Source of the DNA: an uncultured Flavobacteriales bacterium | GTDB taxonomy: Bacteria; Bacteroidota; Bacteroidia; AKYH767-A; 2013-40CM-41-45 | Length of the DNA stretch: 64,000 nt | Direction: 5' to 3' | NCBI GenBank assembly: GCA_964595205.1 | Contig: CAZQOQ010000036.1 | Coordinates: 242,553 to 306,552 of the forward strand | Shown: positions 16,927-25,550 of the stretch, in pieces | How the letters are laid out: every line of letters begins with the position of its first letter | Position numbering within the stretch: position 1 is the first letter of the stretch | Position numbers and translations under genes: made by a program | The notes under the pieces: model-generated | Told to the model about the DNA's origin: nothing | Database searches by the model: none | The model's input: the letters and a program-made list of their open reading frames with translations, nothing else

Positions 16927-18300
16927 CTATTTATAATTTATGATTTCATCTTTCCCTTCCAGTCTTCCTTCCGCGACTTCCCAGACTGAAATGATCGGGA
17001 AGAATTTTGAAAACAATGTCACTATCAATAATAATGCAGCAAATGTTGCCCCTACAATCGTCATCTCAACCAGGCTTGGCGTATAGTGCTTCCAGGATTC
17101 GGGAACATCCTGTATCGGAAGATACGGATGTGCAAGCCCTGGTATAACAATCAGGTACCGTTTAAACCATGCGGCAATTACAACAAATACTGCTATGATT
17201 GTAAGCGGTAACGGCTTACGAACCCTCTTAAAGAGCGGTAATGTTGCCGGTAAAATCATTCCGAAAAATACAACAGACCAGTATAATGGAGCATCTTCGC
17301 CAATGAAAAGGCTCAGTAAATGATTTGCATGCAGGCCCGACATTTTATAAGCCGGTACAAGATATTCGTTAACGTTAAAATAAATGTAAACGAATGACAT
17401 CAACGCAAGTGCCTTGCCGAGTTTGTCGAAGTGCATCTCCGTGAGATAATTCTGGAGGCTGTATGCTTTTCTGATTACAAAGACGGCTATAATCATTCCC
17501 GCTACACCAAGAAGGAAAGCTCCTGAAACGAAATAGGCTCCGAAGTTGGTGCTATCCCATTCCGAACGCAACGTCGTTGCAAACAGCCAGGCTGTAACCG
17601 TGTGTATCGAAATACCAAGTGGTATGACCATAATGGTTAATATCTTCATGCACTTCTTCAGAATTCTCCACTGCTCTGCTGTTCCCTCCCAGCCGAACGA
17701 CAGGAAGTCGTACATCTTCATTTGCCATTTTGGTTTGTTCTGAAGGTGATTCTTGCAGGTAGACATCGACGGAATTAAAGGAATGTATAATAGAACCAGG
17801 CTCGTCGCCAGATAAGTCATGATTACGATTATGTCCCAGACAATCGGCGATTGAATTCTTCCGTGTATTACAAGATAATGCAGCCTGTCCGGACGACCCA
17901 TGGCGGCAACAATACTTACTCCCGCAAGCATGATTGCCCCCAGTGCAATCACTTCTGCTATCCTCGACAATGGCCTGTACCATTCGAAGTTGGTCAGTTT
18001 AAGGACGGCAGACATTAATACACCTATTAAACTGAGCGCAACGAAGAATACGAAGTTTGAAATATAAACACCCCACATCGTATAATCCCTCAGCGAAACA
18101 GTGACATACTTACTCTTAGTTTCCTGGATATAATATGCATAAAGTCCGAGCAGGCAGACAAGAACTAAAAATGCAATCCATACCTTGCCCCACTTGCCCA
18201 GATGTTGTACAGGACGGAGTAAATCTCTCTTCATCACCATATACTCTTCCTGCGTAAATGTTTCGTAGGTAGTCGCTTCTTTTGGATTAAATGCGCTCAT
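16927..18300 (-). CDS. NrfD/PsrC-family polytopic membrane quinol-interacting subunit (NosH/ActC-like)
   Basis: A 457-aa integral membrane protein with 8-10 TM helices. It lies immediately downstream of a Tat FeS protein (14-nt gap), the classic NrfC-NrfD / PsrB-PsrC / NosG-NosH arrangement. Confidence 0.75.
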   Translation of the reverse strand: MSAFNPKEATTYETFTQEEYMVMKRDLLRPVQHLGKWGKVWIAFLVLVCLLGLYAYYIQETKSKYVTVSLRDYTMWGVYISNFVFFVALSLIGVLMSAVLKLTNFEWYRPLSRIAEVIALGAIMLAGVSIVAAMGRPDRLHYLVIHGRIQSPIVWDIIVIMTYLATSLVLLYIPLIPSMSTCKNHLQNKPKWQMKMYDFLSFGWEGTAEQWRILKKCMKILTIMVIPLGISIHTVTAWLFATTLRSEWDSTNFGAYFVSGAFLLGVAGMIIAVFVIRKAYSLQNYLTEMHFDKLGKALALMSFVYIYFNVNEYLVPAYKMSGLHANHLLSLFIGEDAPLYWSVVFFGMILPATLPLFKRVRKPLPLTIIAVFVVIAAWFKRYLIVIPGLAHPYLPIQDVPESWKHYTPSLVEMTIVGATFAALLLIVTLFSKFFPIISVWEVAEGRLEGKDEIINYK

Positions 18301-18314
18301 AATAATTGATGTTT

Positions 18315-19247
18315 TTATTCCTCCTTGTTGTGTTCTTCAGTGGCATCTTCAAACGGAAATTGTCTCTTCACCGGAGGCAGATAATAAACTCTGGGTTTTG
18401 TTCCAAGCTCTTCAAACTGGCGATAGCCTGCCCGGCTCCTGAGCAATTCTTTCAGGCGGAATGTTTCTTCGCCATTTGTAACTGTGTCCTCATATTCGTC
18501 ACCGAAAAAGATCGTCCCGTTTGGACATTCAGTCACGCATTTAGGTAATTCACCCTTTGCAGCATGACCGGGACAAAAATCACATTTCGAAACAGTGCCA
18601 ACCGTTGAAGACTTCGTCGTACAACAGTGATCATCTGTACAGCCGTTTTTCTCGCTGTAAGCGACTTGCTCAGGCCTGCCAAAATTGAATGTCCGTGCGG
18701 AATACGGACAAGCGGCCATACAAAATTTGCAACCGATACATCGATCGCTGTCTACAGCTACAATGCCGTCTGATCTTTTAAATGTTGCATCAACAGGACA
18801 TACTTTCGTACATGGAGGATTGTCGCAGTGATAACAGGGTTGAGGAAACCAATATGGAGAAGCAAGTTCTGAATCCTGCATCTTTTTTACCTTGATGTAT
18901 TCCACCGGTGGGAGCATGTTGTGCATATGCTGGCAGCCTTCCACACACTTTCTTTCATTGGCACATCGTGCAAGATCGATGACCATAACAAATTTTCTGC
19001 CTTCTATTCCCTGTCGGATCTGTTCCTTCGATAAATCGTATTCTGTTGCATGATGGGTAACATGAGAACTGTCTACTTCCAGAAGTTTGCCATCGGCGGT
19101 CAGCACCTTTACTTTCTTACCCGTCTCCTCTTTTTCGCCACCGATGAGTTTATTTTGAAGAGCTAAACCGGCTAAGGTTGCACCTCCGGCAAGTAATCCG
19201 AATTTGAGAAATTTTCTGCGATCGGAATTTTCATTTTCTTTTTCCAT
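18315..19247 (-). CDS. Tat-exported 4x[4Fe-4S] ferredoxin-type subunit (NrfC/PsrB/NosG-like)
   Basis: Twin-arginine signal SDRRKFLKFGLLAGGATLAGLA. There are four Cys clusters: CANERKCVEGC, CYHCDNPPCTKVCP, CIGCKFCMAACP and CDFCPGH...CVTECP. Confidence 0.85.
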   Translation of the reverse strand: MEKENENSDRRKFLKFGLLAGGATLAGLALQNKLIGGEKEETGKKVKVLTADGKLLEVDSSHVTHHATEYDLSKEQIRQGIEGRKFVMVIDLARCANERKCVEGCQHMHNMLPPVEYIKVKKMQDSELASPYWFPQPCYHCDNPPCTKVCPVDATFKRSDGIVAVDSDRCIGCKFCMAACPYSARTFNFGRPEQVAYSEKNGCTDDHCCTTKSSTVGTVSKCDFCPGHAAKGELPKCVTECPNGTIFFGDEYEDTVTNGEETFRLKELLRSRAGYRQFEELGTKPRVYYLPPVKRQFPFEDATEEHNKEE

Positions 19248-19312
19248 AAAATCTTTTTTCAGCTTTTCTCATATAAAGATATACTTATTCCAGAATGAAT
19301 TTCATTCAACAA

Positions 19313-20212
19313 TTATTTGAATCCCCATTGACGGGTAATATTAAATCCGATCAACATATCACCTTCAAAAAAATCATTCTTATTGAAGACCCTGAAGTCC
19401 TGGTTCATGATTTCCTGTGAAGAACAGACAAATACCTGGAACTGGTGGCTGCCTGTGGAAACCTCATAGCCGATTCCAAAATTTGGTTTAGGCCTGTAGA
19501 TTTCATCCATGTCGGAAACATTCAGCAGGTAATCGTATTCGATCAATACCGAGGACTGTGGGCTGAATTTATATCGTCCTGCGAATGAAATGCCGTAGAA
19601 GTCGTTTTTCCCATAAACGGAATCGATGATGTTGAAGTGTGAGTACGTGCCTGCCACCTGTGCAGAAATCTTACTGGTGAACTTTCTGCCTACTATGATT
19701 TCGTTGAAATAGGAAAACTTGTTTGCTTTTTTAAATTCATTTTCCTGGTTGATGAAATTTTCATCTTCCAAAGAACTCTTTGAAACATCTCCATAATATG
19801 TTACGGAAACCGGAACTCCTTTCCCCTTGGTCTGTTTAAGAATGATTGCCTTGCCCTGTAGGTCGTACTGCATTTTATTTTTTGTAACTCCTGCCCCAAG
19901 TGAAATTCGTTTGGTGATTCCATAACTCATTCCAAGCCTGATATTGGCCGGCGCATAGATTCCAAACAGGTCGTCTGAATTTTTTACCAACCCGAACCGG
20001 TGCTGGATCATAAATTCAAGAGATTTATGCCCGTTATTTTCTATCGTCTGATTGTTTATCAAAACAGGATTTTCAAAAGTTGCTTTTACATATTCTTTTG
20101 CTGCAACCGGAGCGCCTGCTTCTGTGGTTTCCTGTGAATACGATACAGCTGTGATCGCCAGTAAAATCAGAAGTGAAATTCCCTTTAACAAATAATTTTT
20201 ACGGTAATTCAT
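19313..20212 (-). CDS. Outer-membrane beta-barrel protein of unknown function
   Basis: 299 aa with a signal peptide, alternating amphipathic strands and a C-terminal aromatic residue (...QWGFK). It is embedded in the electron-transfer operon. Confidence 0.5.
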   Translation of the reverse strand: MNYRKNYLLKGISLLILLAITAVSYSQETTEAGAPVAAKEYVKATFENPVLINNQTIENNGHKSLEFMIQHRFGLVKNSDDLFGIYAPANIRLGMSYGITKRISLGAGVTKNKMQYDLQGKAIILKQTKGKGVPVSVTYYGDVSKSSLEDENFINQENEFKKANKFSYFNEIIVGRKFTSKISAQVAGTYSHFNIIDSVYGKNDFYGISFAGRYKFSPQSSVLIEYDYLLNVSDMDEIYRPKPNFGIGYEVSTGSHQFQVFVCSSQEIMNQDFRVFNKNDFFEGDMLIGFNITRQWGFK

Positions 20213-20224
20213 ATTTTTTATGTG

Positions 20225-20611
20225 TTAGTTGTTTTGTGCTCCTTGTTCAATCCATGCCAGGATGTATCCGATCTCTTCTGCAGTGAGCGGTGCTGAAGGC
20301 GGCATTGGATTAACGGGCGAAATAATTCTTTTATAAAGTAAACTTTCTTCAGCATTTGATGTGTCCACGTAACCAAGCCCGGTTAATTCATTGTAAGCGT
20401 TTGGAGCGGATAAGTCCGGCGACGGTCCGCCACTTACGTGACAGGTTGGAATTGCACAATCTGCAGTGAAGATTGGTATAATGTCCTCTGAAAAACTTAC
20501 AGGCTCAGTAATTTCAACCGGTGCTGTGGTATAATAATCTTTTTCACACCCGATTAAAAAAAGCAGGCTTAATGATACAATCGTTAGAAGGCCGTATTTT
20601 TTCATTTTCAT
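20225..20611 (-). CDS. Small lipoprotein with a CAIPTCH motif (possible atypical heme site)
   Basis: 128 aa with lipobox LIGC. The mature N-terminus CEKDYYTTAPVEITEP is paralogous to that of the upstream 478-aa cytochrome. The gene overlaps the upstream gene by 4 nt (ATGA). Confidence 0.5.
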   Translation of the reverse strand: MKMKKYGLLTIVSLSLLFLIGCEKDYYTTAPVEITEPVSFSEDIIPIFTADCAIPTCHVSGGPSPDLSAPNAYNELTGLGYVDTSNAEESLLYKRIISPVNPMPPSAPLTAEEIGYILAWIEQGAQNN

Positions 20612-21978
20612 TTGAATGTGAGAGTTTCTTTTGCAGAGCCAATATGATTTTTTCCGTCGTTATCCATCAGCGCAACACCAAATGTGTAGCTCTTGTTTGC
20701 AGCGACATCGAACTGAGCATCGTCAGCATTGTTTGTTTTTAATTTACGAACCAGCAGAACCTGGTAAAGCGTGTGCACGTTTGTGCCGGGGAGCATGGCA
20801 TCTTTTATCTGAAGTGGTGTAAGGTTGCTGGTTGCAGTTATGTCGGCATTGCTGCCGTCAGGAGTCTGAAGGTAATAACCCGGTACGCCCGACAATCCTC
20901 TAAGGAAAGCAACCACATCATCTCTCTCCTGGCTGTTTAAAGTGCCCCAATACGGTCCCATATCAGCTACGAAATCCATGCTCGACATTAATGCTGAGCG
21001 GGATTTTTTATTTTGTGAAATGTGATTGATCGCTCCTTCGGTTCCGCCCTGACCGCGGTTGCCATGACAACCGGCGCAATCACCCGGAGGCGATGTCCTG
21101 TTATAAATGGAATCTCCTCTTTGTGCGTCACCAAGGAATGGCGATTTATTTAAAATGTAAAAAGCAGGATCGAGAATCGATGACTGTCCGTTAGGTAATG
21201 TAACAGATTGAGACGAGCCATCCCATTCATATGCCGGACCGGAACGATCAGTACTGCCTGCAGCATTTCGTTCAAACATTTTTTGTCCGCCATCGTCGAC
21301 CATGCTGTCCGTTTTGGCAATCATGTCTTCTGCATAACCCATAGGAGCCGATTTAGCTATATTCCAGTTCCAGAGATCGATACTTCCGGCAGTCGGATAC
21401 ATGTAGTTTTCTCCTGCAGCAGAGTGGCAGGAAGCTGCACATCCAACATTTGAAAATGTACCTGAGGGACTTGAAGCAGAATTTATCTCAAATGCAAATG
21501 CTAAACGGTCGGTGTTGCGTTGGGATGTCCAGCCACTTACCGCATCTGTCTTTAACGGGTCGACTGGTCCGCCAAACATCCAGCTGGAATTTGAAAGATC
21601 AACGTCTGAGTCGATCCACTCCGCCAGGATATAAATGTTGTCATTGTCATAGGCGGCCTTTAAGATCAACCCGGGATCATCACCGCCATTAAATGATGCA
21701 AGCCCGGTATATGTGCCTGTCATGTTCAGCAAACCATCACCATAAAGATTGTTTGTACTCAGATTTCCGGAACTCACTTTCAGATAATCAGCAGTTTTCC
21801 AGTAAGCCGAAGTGAGTGACACCGGAGGGCTGTTTACAAATTTTGCTTCCAGGGTTGATGTTGGTTCTGAAGTGTCAGGTGGCGGAGGAGTGTAGTAATA
21901 ATCCTTCTCACAGGAAACCATCATTACAATTAGCAGGATGAAGATGCTGACTTTAACAGGATGCTGAACGTATTTCAT
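20608..21978 (-). CDS. c-type cytochrome lipoprotein (about 455 aa mature)
   Basis: The likely start is the ATG at 21976-21978 (MKYVQHPVKVSIFILLIVMMVSC, lipobox). The ORF could extend to 22044. There is a canonical DCAGCH heme motif plus a CAASCH (Cx3CH) motif. The N-terminus is CEKDYYYTPPPPDTSEP. Confidence 0.7.
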   Translation of the reverse strand: MKYVQHPVKVSIFILLIVMMVSCEKDYYYTPPPPDTSEPTSTLEAKFVNSPPVSLTSAYWKTADYLKVSSGNLSTNNLYGDGLLNMTGTYTGLASFNGGDDPGLILKAAYDNDNIYILAEWIDSDVDLSNSSWMFGGPVDPLKTDAVSGWTSQRNTDRLAFAFEINSASSPSGTFSNVGCAASCHSAAGENYMYPTAGSIDLWNWNIAKSAPMGYAEDMIAKTDSMVDDGGQKMFERNAAGSTDRSGPAYEWDGSSQSVTLPNGQSSILDPAFYILNKSPFLGDAQRGDSIYNRTSPPGDCAGCHGNRGQGGTEGAINHISQNKKSRSALMSSMDFVADMGPYWGTLNSQERDDVVAFLRGLSGVPGYYLQTPDGSNADITATSNLTPLQIKDAMLPGTNVHTLYQVLLVRKLKTNNADDAQFDVAANKSYTFGVALMDNDGKNHIGSAKETLTFK

Positions 21979-22112
21979 AATTTTTATTTTAAAAGAAACT
22001 GATGTACCGTCTTCCTGTTTAACTTTCCTCTTGAATCGATACATCAGTTTTTCTTTTACTTAGATAATGAGATTAAAAATTAGATGTGATATTCAGAAAC
22101 ATTAGAATTGAA

Positions 22113-22979
22113 TCAGTGATTTTTATAGAACACAGCATTGATTGTCATTTCCATTTCATCGGAAGTGGAAATTGACCAGACACCATAGGTTTTATTGTTC
22201 GCTGCTGTTACGTTGGTAATAGCTTCAGAAGCCTTAGGCACCGGCCAATATGGAACGGTTGACTGGTTATCCATGTAATCAGACCTGTTGAATTTAAAAG
22301 TAGCTGTTAATCCTGCCCTGAGTTTATCATACGTTCCGTCATTGTTGGTGTCGAAGTCCCTCATCCCGTTGAAAGACAAATGAATATCTACGTTGTTAAC
22401 GATAGGCTCACCATTTGTATGACCGGGAGCATTCAGCCACCTGTTAAATGTTAACGTACCATGCATTGTGTACCCTTCGTGTGAATCGACTGTAATTGAA
22501 TTACAGTGGAATTTAGCTGTATCGCTCAATGGATCCACCTGTGTTTTTAAAGTGTCTAGGTAAACAATTCCTAAATAATTCAAACCACATTTTCCCAAAC
22601 CGTCTCTTCCAGGTTCTCCGGTATTATAGGTGGAAAGCTGCACCCAAAAATCAATTACAGCAGCGGATATGTTTGTTTCATCAAACTGGAATTCCGGATT
22701 GAACAGAAAATTATTAAATCTTCCAGTCAACATAGTAGAAGAAAAATCATAATACTTGGATTGCCAGTTCACATTCGAGTGTGATTTTTCAAATGTCCAG
22801 GTTGTGTCGATTGCTGCAGTTCCCGGTACAAATACTCCTGTATCATTCGGGTCAACATAAACGGTGTCATGAACCGTATTAGTAACTGTTTCCGTATCTT
22901 TTTTACATTGAGTTAAGAATAAACTCAATCCTGCGATGGTTAATATTGCCAGTGCGAGGAAATTTTTTTTGTTTTTCAT
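22113..22979 (-). CDS. Hypothetical lipoprotein (first gene of the operon)
   Basis: 288 aa with signal and lipobox LFLTQC. No recognisable motif. Confidence 0.4.
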   Translation of the reverse strand: MKNKKNFLALAILTIAGLSLFLTQCKKDTETVTNTVHDTVYVDPNDTGVFVPGTAAIDTTWTFEKSHSNVNWQSKYYDFSSTMLTGRFNNFLFNPEFQFDETNISAAVIDFWVQLSTYNTGEPGRDGLGKCGLNYLGIVYLDTLKTQVDPLSDTAKFHCNSITVDSHEGYTMHGTLTFNRWLNAPGHTNGEPIVNNVDIHLSFNGMRDFDTNNDGTYDKLRAGLTATFKFNRSDYMDNQSTVPYWPVPKASEAITNVTAANNKTYGVWSISTSDEMEMTINAVFYKNH

Positions 22980-23291
22980 AATGTTGTTTTTGTATTGACC
23001 TGTTGAAATGATTTATTGCGCTTTGTTTTATTTTTTCTGAGTCCAAATCTCCAACCTTACGAATTTTTATAAAATGATTGGCCTCATATTTAATGCAAGT
23101 TTGATATGATTTGTATCATGTATTCCGGGATACTTCATTATTTCTGGCTCATTCTGATTATTGATATGGATTGCTGCCGAATTGATATCGGAATACCAGG
23201 CAAAATGATTTAGATCCCCTTGTGTTTTCATTATTTTCATCTAAATTCGTCGAATTGCCATTCAATTCATCAAATTCAATTATAGTTTTTC
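22980..23291. promoter_or_regulatory. Divergent promoter region between the NrfCD-like operon (-) and the octaheme cytochrome gene (+)
   Basis: A 312-bp AT-rich non-coding gap flanked by divergent start codons. Confidence 0.4.
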
Positions 23292-25538
23292 ATGATCCGA
23301 AGGAACTGGGCCGTTTTTGGTATTGTTTTTTGTACTTTCATTTTGATTCATGCTTTAGTTTCCAGTTGCTCCAATCCTCAGTCACCCGCCGATTCAAAGG
23401 CCGAAGCGTTGCAGGAAGCCAAATATATTGGAGGCGAACAATGCAGAACGTGCCATCCTCACCAATTTGATGACTGGAAAAAATCAGATCATTTCAAAGC
23501 CATGTCCCCGGCAAATGATTCAACCATATTGGGAAATTTTAATAATGCAACATATATAGCAGATGGCGTCACTAGTAAATTTTTCAAAAGAGACGGTAAA
23601 TATTTTATTAATACACAAGGTGAGGATGGCGGCAATCATGATTTTGAAATTAAATATACATTCGGATACTATCCATTGCAGCAATATCTTGTTGCATTTC
23701 CCGGAGGACGAATGCAGTCGACACGCCTAAGCTGGGATGTAAAAAATAAAAAATGGTTTCACCAGTATGCCGGGCAAAAGATTCATCATCGCGACTGGCT
23801 TCACTGGACAGGGAACAGTCAGAACTGGAATACTATGTGTGCCTCCTGTCATTCTACTGATCTCAGGAAAAATTACAACTATTCATCGGACGAGTATCAT
23901 ACTGTGTGGAAAGAAATAAACGTAAGCTGTGAAACATGTCACGGCCCGGGTAGCAGACACATCTCTTTCATTCAATCAAGCGGATACAAGAGCGGAGAAA
24001 AGATTACCAACTCTGGATTTATTTATTCGCGCGATACAATTTCAAAGTTACAAATCAACTCCTGTGCACCCTGTCATGCCAGGAAGAGCGACATTTCTGG
24101 CGATTGGGTTAATTCCCCGGAAATCATGGACAACCTGATTCCGGAGATTATCAGTAATGAATATTATTTCCGCGACGGACAGATAAACCAGGAAGATTAT
24201 GAGTATGGCTCATTTCTTCAGAGTAAAATGTTTAAACACAATGTGCGATGCAGCAATTGTCATAACCCGCACTCCGATAAGCTCAGGATAGAAGGAAATA
24301 ATTTATGCCTCAGTTGTCATAAATCAAAATATGACTCGCCCGATCATCATTTTCATGAAATGTTTACAGAAGGATCTCAATGTATCAATTGTCATATGCC
24401 AATGAAAACTTACATGGGGATCGACAACCGCAGAGATCATTCTTTCCGTATTCCACGGCCTGACCAGTCGGTTTCTTACGGCACCCCGAATGCCTGTACG
24501 GGCTGTCATAAAAATAAATCCGATGAATGGGCTTCTTCAGCAATTATCAAATGGTACGGAAACAAAAGGAAATATCATTTTTCAGATGACCTGGCTCCGG
24601 GGAGTCTGTTGAATAATGAAAGCGAAGAACATTTGCTGCGATTATTAAGCGATACCGCACAACCTGCAATTGCCCGGGCAACTGCTGCTTATTATCTCGG
24701 TAATTTAGTCAGCGAAGGAAGTGCAAGAGGACTTCTTTCTGTTTTACAGGATAATGAAGCGCTCGTTCGTTATCATGCAATTCGCTCACTGGAGAATTTT
24801 GACAGGAATGTTTGGATGGACCACGTTTACGGAAACCTCTCTGATAATGTTCGGGCTGTGCGTATAGCTGCCGCAGATCTCTATCATAAGCTGCCATTGG
24901 AAAAGATTCCTTCTTCTTTTTTATCAGCATATCATGCTGCAGATGCCGAGAATAAAAATTTCCTTCACTATCAAACTGATTTTTCAGTAGGGAATGTCAT
25001 GCTCGGCGATTATAATTTGCAGGATGGGGATAATGTGAGTGCAATTGCTAATTATTTAAGGGGGTTAACAAAAGACAGCCTGATGAATTATGCGAGGCTG
25101 AATTTGTCGGTGGCCTATAGTAGTATCGGAAAAAATGAAGAAGCATTAAAGACTTTAAAAGAGGCAGCAGCAATTGATCCTGAAAATGACAGAGTGTATT
25201 ATAACCTGGGACTCCTGTACTATGAATTGAATGATACCGCATCCGCCTTGATCAATTTCAGAAAGGCCGTTCAATTAAATTCCCTAATTCCGGGACTGTA
25301 TTATAATTTTGGTTTAGCACTAATGAATCAGAAAAAACTAAAAGAGGCGGAAAAAATATTTTTAAGGGGAATCAGCATATTTCCTGATGCATTAAATTTA
25401 AATTATACTTTGGCTTTTCTATATTTGAATCAAAATGATTCTCAAAAAGCAAAGCCTTATATTGAAACTTTGTATCGGTTAGATCCTCAAAATTCCGAAT
25501 ATCAGTCAATGTACAGAAAATTTGGTTTATTAAATTGA
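23292..25538 (+). CDS. Octaheme c-type cytochrome with C-terminal TPR/HEAT-like repeat domain
   Basis: ATG at 23292 with signal/lipobox (LVSSC). There are 8 CxxCH motifs: CRTCH, CASCH, CETCH, CAPCH, CSNCH, CLSCH, CINCH and CTGCH. The C-terminal ~300 aa have TPR-like repeats (YYNLGLLYYELND, YYNFGLALMNQ). Confidence 0.85.
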   Translation: MIRRNWAVFGIVFCTFILIHALVSSCSNPQSPADSKAEALQEAKYIGGEQCRTCHPHQFDDWKKSDHFKAMSPANDSTILGNFNNATYIADGVTSKFFKRDGKYFINTQGEDGGNHDFEIKYTFGYYPLQQYLVAFPGGRMQSTRLSWDVKNKKWFHQYAGQKIHHRDWLHWTGNSQNWNTMCASCHSTDLRKNYNYSSDEYHTVWKEINVSCETCHGPGSRHISFIQSSGYKSGEKITNSGFIYSRDTISKLQINSCAPCHARKSDISGDWVNSPEIMDNLIPEIISNEYYFRDGQINQEDYEYGSFLQSKMFKHNVRCSNCHNPHSDKLRIEGNNLCLSCHKSKYDSPDHHFHEMFTEGSQCINCHMPMKTYMGIDNRRDHSFRIPRPDQSVSYGTPNACTGCHKNKSDEWASSAIIKWYGNKRKYHFSDDLAPGSLLNNESEEHLLRLLSDTAQPAIARATAAYYLGNLVSEGSARGLLSVLQDNEALVRYHAIRSLENFDRNVWMDHVYGNLSDNVRAVRIAAADLYHKLPLEKIPSSFLSAYHAADAENKNFLHYQTDFSVGNVMLGDYNLQDGDNVSAIANYLRGLTKDSLMNYARLNLSVAYSSIGKNEEALKTLKEAAAIDPENDRVYYNLGLLYYELNDTASALINFRKAVQLNSLIPGLYYNFGLALMNQKKLKEAEKIFLRGISIFPDALNLNYTLAFLYLNQNDSQKAKPYIETLYRLDPQNSEYQSMYRKFGLLN

Positions 25539-25550
25539 AAATTAAGACAT

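Noticed and set aside
20225-20611. CAIPTCH in the 128-aa lipoprotein as a definite heme c site
   Set aside because: Cx4CH motifs are rare and I cannot verify heme attachment from sequence. It is kept only as a possibility in the findings.
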